DNA of 38,292 bases from Catajapyx aquilonaris (lineage: Eukaryota): NCBI GenBank assembly GCA_000934665.2, contig JYFJ02003745.1, positions 1-38,292 on the forward strand, written 5' to 3'. Within the stretch, counting starts at the first letter, position 1. Each line of letters opens with the position of its first letter. The position numbers were made by a program, and so were the translations under genes. The notes under the pieces were generated by a model, which saw only the letters and a list, made by a program, of their open reading frames with translations, searched no databases and was not told the origin of the DNA. Below are positions 34,841-38,292 of the stretch, one piece after another.

Positions 34841-35505
34841 GAATTTGCTGAAATCTTCGTACTTTGCGAGAAATGAATTTATACTTGTTAGCGGCTTTTT
34901 GACACTTCGGAAATATCCCAAAGGACATGGTGCGGGTTCTTTACAGAAAAGTTGAACCAGATGGATTTCGATGAAACTTGGTCAGTTGATAGAACTTTAC
35001 CTCAGGATCAATTCTTCTGAAGGTCGAAGAAAATCTACGGTGCCGTTTGGCCGCTAGAGGCGCTCAAAGTTTGAATTTCAAGTGGGTCCTATCGGGTTCA
35101 TTTTCACATATGTTGTAAAGGTTCATAACCTGAGTCGAATGAGCCATATAGTTGATTTTCTGTGACAAACCATTTAGCACTTATAATCCCACTCAAGGTC
35201 CAACAAGGTCCGATGTTGAACCCTATGGCGCATTTAGCGGCCTATGGTTTGTCACATTCGACTCAGCTCATGAAACTCTACAGCATTTGTGAAAATGAGC
35301 CCGATAGGAACCACTTGAAATTCCGACTTTGAGCGCCTCTAGTGGCCAAACGGCAAAGTATATTTTCTTTGCACTTCAGAACAATTGACCCTGGGGTCAA
35401 GGTATATCAACTGATAAAGTTTCAGCCAAATCCATCTGGTTCAACTTTTCCCATAAGGGCCCCCACCGCAAAAAGCCGCAAAGTACGAAGATTTCAGCAA
35501 ATTCA
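34841..35505. repeat. Large diverged fold-back element, arms about 300 bp
   Basis: GAATTTGCTGAAATCTTCGTACTTTGCG and CGCAAAGTACGAAGATTTCAGCAAATTC. GAAAAGTTGAACCAGATGGATTT and CTAGAGGCGCTCAAAGT are each mirrored. Confidence 0.85.
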
Positions 35506-35703
35506 AAATGCGTAGGGTCAGCGGAGTAAAATATGGCCTCCCCATTGACAGAGGATACGGTTGTGACCTTGACTCAACAATAATTTTAAAATACATATAT
35601 GACTGTTTTCATCACTCCTTTGCCGGATTGACTCCTTGAACTACTCCATCCTTATTGATTATTTTCTCAGTAACCCCGCACACGGAAATTCATGCTATTT
35701 TCT

Positions 35704-36555
35704 CGGGATCCGGACTTTTCGCCCCCGCCGTTTCGCCCCCTGCATATTGGCCCCGTGACATATTCCACTTTGAAGCATTCGGCTGGGCATTTCTAGAGAA
35801 GTGACCTGGCCTTGTGTGTAGCCTGTCAACGGCGGGGGCGGGCGCTGATTGGCTCGCTGTTTCGTGCCTGATTTGTAAAATGAAATTTTGCGGTCTTCTG
35901 CTTGGGTCACAGGGATGGAGGTGCGCTTTGTGTTGGTGATTCTGTATGGCTTTTTGTTACCGCAACAGTACTGTCCATTCCTGTGGCCCTGCCAGGCACG
36001 GTACGTCGTTCTTCTTTCCTTATTCTTACAGTGAAGCACGGGAAGCTTGCAGCCCATTTTTGAAGCAATTTTTCGACAGTTTTTCAATCTGACACTAGCA
36101 AAAAACTTACACAGATGCACATGTGACCCACCACAAATGCAGATGAATGTCACAATGAAGTACCTCGGGGGTAAATGAGCCGCATGCAGTGGAGTTTCCT
36201 GCCACTGCCACCTTTGCACACGTGTAATGGCTAAAATTAATTCGCATTGTTGTGGGATAAGTCGGAGAAGACTTGCAACGATACACCGACAGGCGGGATC
36301 CGGACGTTTCGCCCCCGGCGTATTCGCCCCCGTGACATATTTCACTTTGAAGCATTCCGCTGGGCCTTGTGTGTAGCCTGGCAACGGCGCGGCGGGGGCG
36401 GGTGCTGATTGCCTGATTTATAAAATGGAATTTTGCGGTCTTCTGCATAGGTTACAGGGATGAAGGTGCTCTTTGTGTTGGTGATACTGTATGGCTTTTT
36501 GTTGCCGCAACAGTACTGTCCATTCCCGTGGCCCTGCCAGGCACGATACGTCGCC
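35704..36555. repeat. Direct duplication (about 35704-36008 and 36295-36553) overlapping repeat family B
   Basis: Both copies begin CGGGATCCGGAC.TTTCGCCCCC and end GTGGCCCTGCCAGGCACG.TACGTCG. Confidence 0.8.
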
Positions 36556-37569
36556 CGTGCGTGATATGTTTAGTTTTTGCGGAGCGATAGCGGAGCTGGG
36601 CGCTTATTGTGGGTCTCTGTATCCGCAACATTTGCTGTCCGTCTTGTGGTGACGCAGGCCAACGAACGTTATTGTGGCTTTGCCCACCACGACGAATATG
36701 TCCACGCACGGGCGACGTACCGTTGGCTGGCAGGGACGAGAACGGGACTTGCGGGATGGTCCTGGGATACCATGTGGGGGACGTCCGCAGTACGTCGTAG
36801 GAGGACGTACGGCGCACGTCCCGATTATCCGGGATGAATCTGTGATTTAAGGGACGTCCGCGGGCGGTCCCGAGGTGTCGAGGACATTTGTGTTGTGTGG
36901 GTAGTCGCAGAATGAAAACTGTCTTAAAAGGACACTCCACTCAAAATACAAGTTGAACTCTAAAAATCGGGCAAAAAATCATGATTCCGATTGTATAATC
37001 AGTTTTTCTGAGAGACGAACGGTAAGGCCAGGGTGAAAGCTGGAAGTGTGTTCGAAAACCGCGCTCGGCGCAGGTGGCGGAACTAGGCGCGGGGATGCGG
37101 ATGACGCGAATTAAAGGTGCTTAACGTGCTTTCCCCCCGTCCGAGCTAAGTGATACCTTCTCCGCACCGTTGGGGCATCTGACTGCCTCGTTAGCCTCCG
37201 TATCACGTCGCGCACTCTCTTTTTCCATGATATTCGGTCCCGGAACAGATTCACGGGACTGCACCGTCATGGAATAACCGCGACGTGTTTGAGAATAGCA
37301 GCTAATGTGTGTTAGGGCCCAGAAGATTGCTAATGACTCTGTTTCAATGACTCATTCCAATTTGAAGCACTATTGGTGTATCCCAGGCTACATCATTAGT
37401 CATTTTGTTGTTAAACAATTACGCGTAGCACGCACTGACCTAGTCGAGGGCCGTGTCATTAGCAGTTACTTGTAGCTGCTAGAAAATCGCGTTTAAGCCC
37501 CATCCCGGCGTGTGGTTTGCCGTCTGGCCGCCAGATGGGGTTTTGTTGCCACCACTCGCTGAGCGGGAG

Positions 37570-38250
37570 ACTATTATTTGACTCGCTTTGCGAGCCGGTG
37601 GGGCTCCGCCCCCCCGGACCCCCCCCCGTGGGGCTTCGCCCCACTTGCGCGCCTTCGCCGCGGTGCCCGTATTCCGCCTAATCCATCCGGTTACAGAAAT
37701 CAGTGACGTCACCGGTAGCGATGAGGAGTTTCCGAACGTGCCCTCTCTGACGTATCGTTCAAAACAGCGCTTGGGATGACAGGTGGGACCATCTGTGACG
37801 TATCATTCCAACGGCTGGTTTGAGTGACGGCTGGTGGAGAGGAGTTGCTGGGCCATTGTTCTCGGGGATCCGGGGGAGTTTGCGGATACATAAATTTCGC
37901 GATGTCGGGTTTGCGTCTACATTTAATTTGGCGATCTCCAAAACGGCTGGGAATTTTTCGATTATGAGGATTTTTGGCATCGGTATACCGGAAGCTAGAA
38001 ATGCAACGGTGCAAGTCCGAGGTCTCTGCGACGCCGGGAAGTGCGAAATCTTTTTCATCTCCTCCTCCTCCTCCTCCTCGGATTGGGGCTTTATATATAT
38101 TAGACTCGCTTTGCGAGCCGGAGGGGCTCCGCCCCCCCCCGGACCCCCCCGTGGGGCTGCGCCCCACGTGCGCGCCTTCGGCGCGGTGCTCGTGATCCGC
38201 CTAATCCATCCGGTTACAGAAATCCATCCGTTTACAGAACCCGTGACGTC
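37570..38250. repeat. GC-rich element with two direct copies of about 140 bp (about 37578-37712 and 38103-38252)
   Basis: GACTCGCTTTGCGAGCCGG.GGGGCTCCGCCCCCC..GGACCCCCC..GTGGGGCT..GCCCCAC..CCGCCTAATCCATCCGGTTACAGAAATC occurs twice. Confidence 0.8.
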
Positions 38251-38292
38251 ACGGTCCACAAAGGTATGACGGTATGAGAATGCGCCCTAGCT

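Noticed and set aside
35695..38269. Longer ORFs (229, 162, 166, 152 and 149 aa)
   Set aside because: They lie in GC-rich duplicated repeats, overlap in several frames and show no recognisable domain.
1..38292. CRISPR arrays, rRNA, or prokaryotic operon/defence systems
   Set aside because: No regularly spaced repeat-spacer array, no rRNA motifs and low coding density; the sequence is eukaryotic with spliceosomal introns.

Overview
Eukaryotic, repeat-rich genomic DNA, most likely from an insect (inferred from the tRNA-derived SINEs, mariner/hAT/Harbinger/Sola-like MITEs, Helitron remnants and a cuticle-type secreted protein). Most short ORFs in the track are noise from repeats. Two host genes are supportable. 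(1) A minus-strand terminal exon (34117-32699) encodes a secreted, Ser/Gln/Pro/Tyr-rich protein with SQSYxxP repeats; I could not find its first exon. (2) A two-exon plus-strand gene (21604-21678 joined to 22284-22700) is split across separate ORFs in the track. It splices in phase 0 into a 163-aa protein with a signal peptide and several dibasic/amidation sites, i.e. a candidate neuropeptide or peptide-hormone precursor. This is the most interesting object in the window. About 250 bp upstream of it is a tRNA-like element with perfect acceptor, D and T stems but no anticodon arm. The rest is layered transposon debris, often with readable TIRs and target-site duplications. It includes a decayed mariner struck by three later insertions and several fold-back elements built from inverted copies of transposase 3' ends. 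Family assignments come from recalled motifs, not from database searches.
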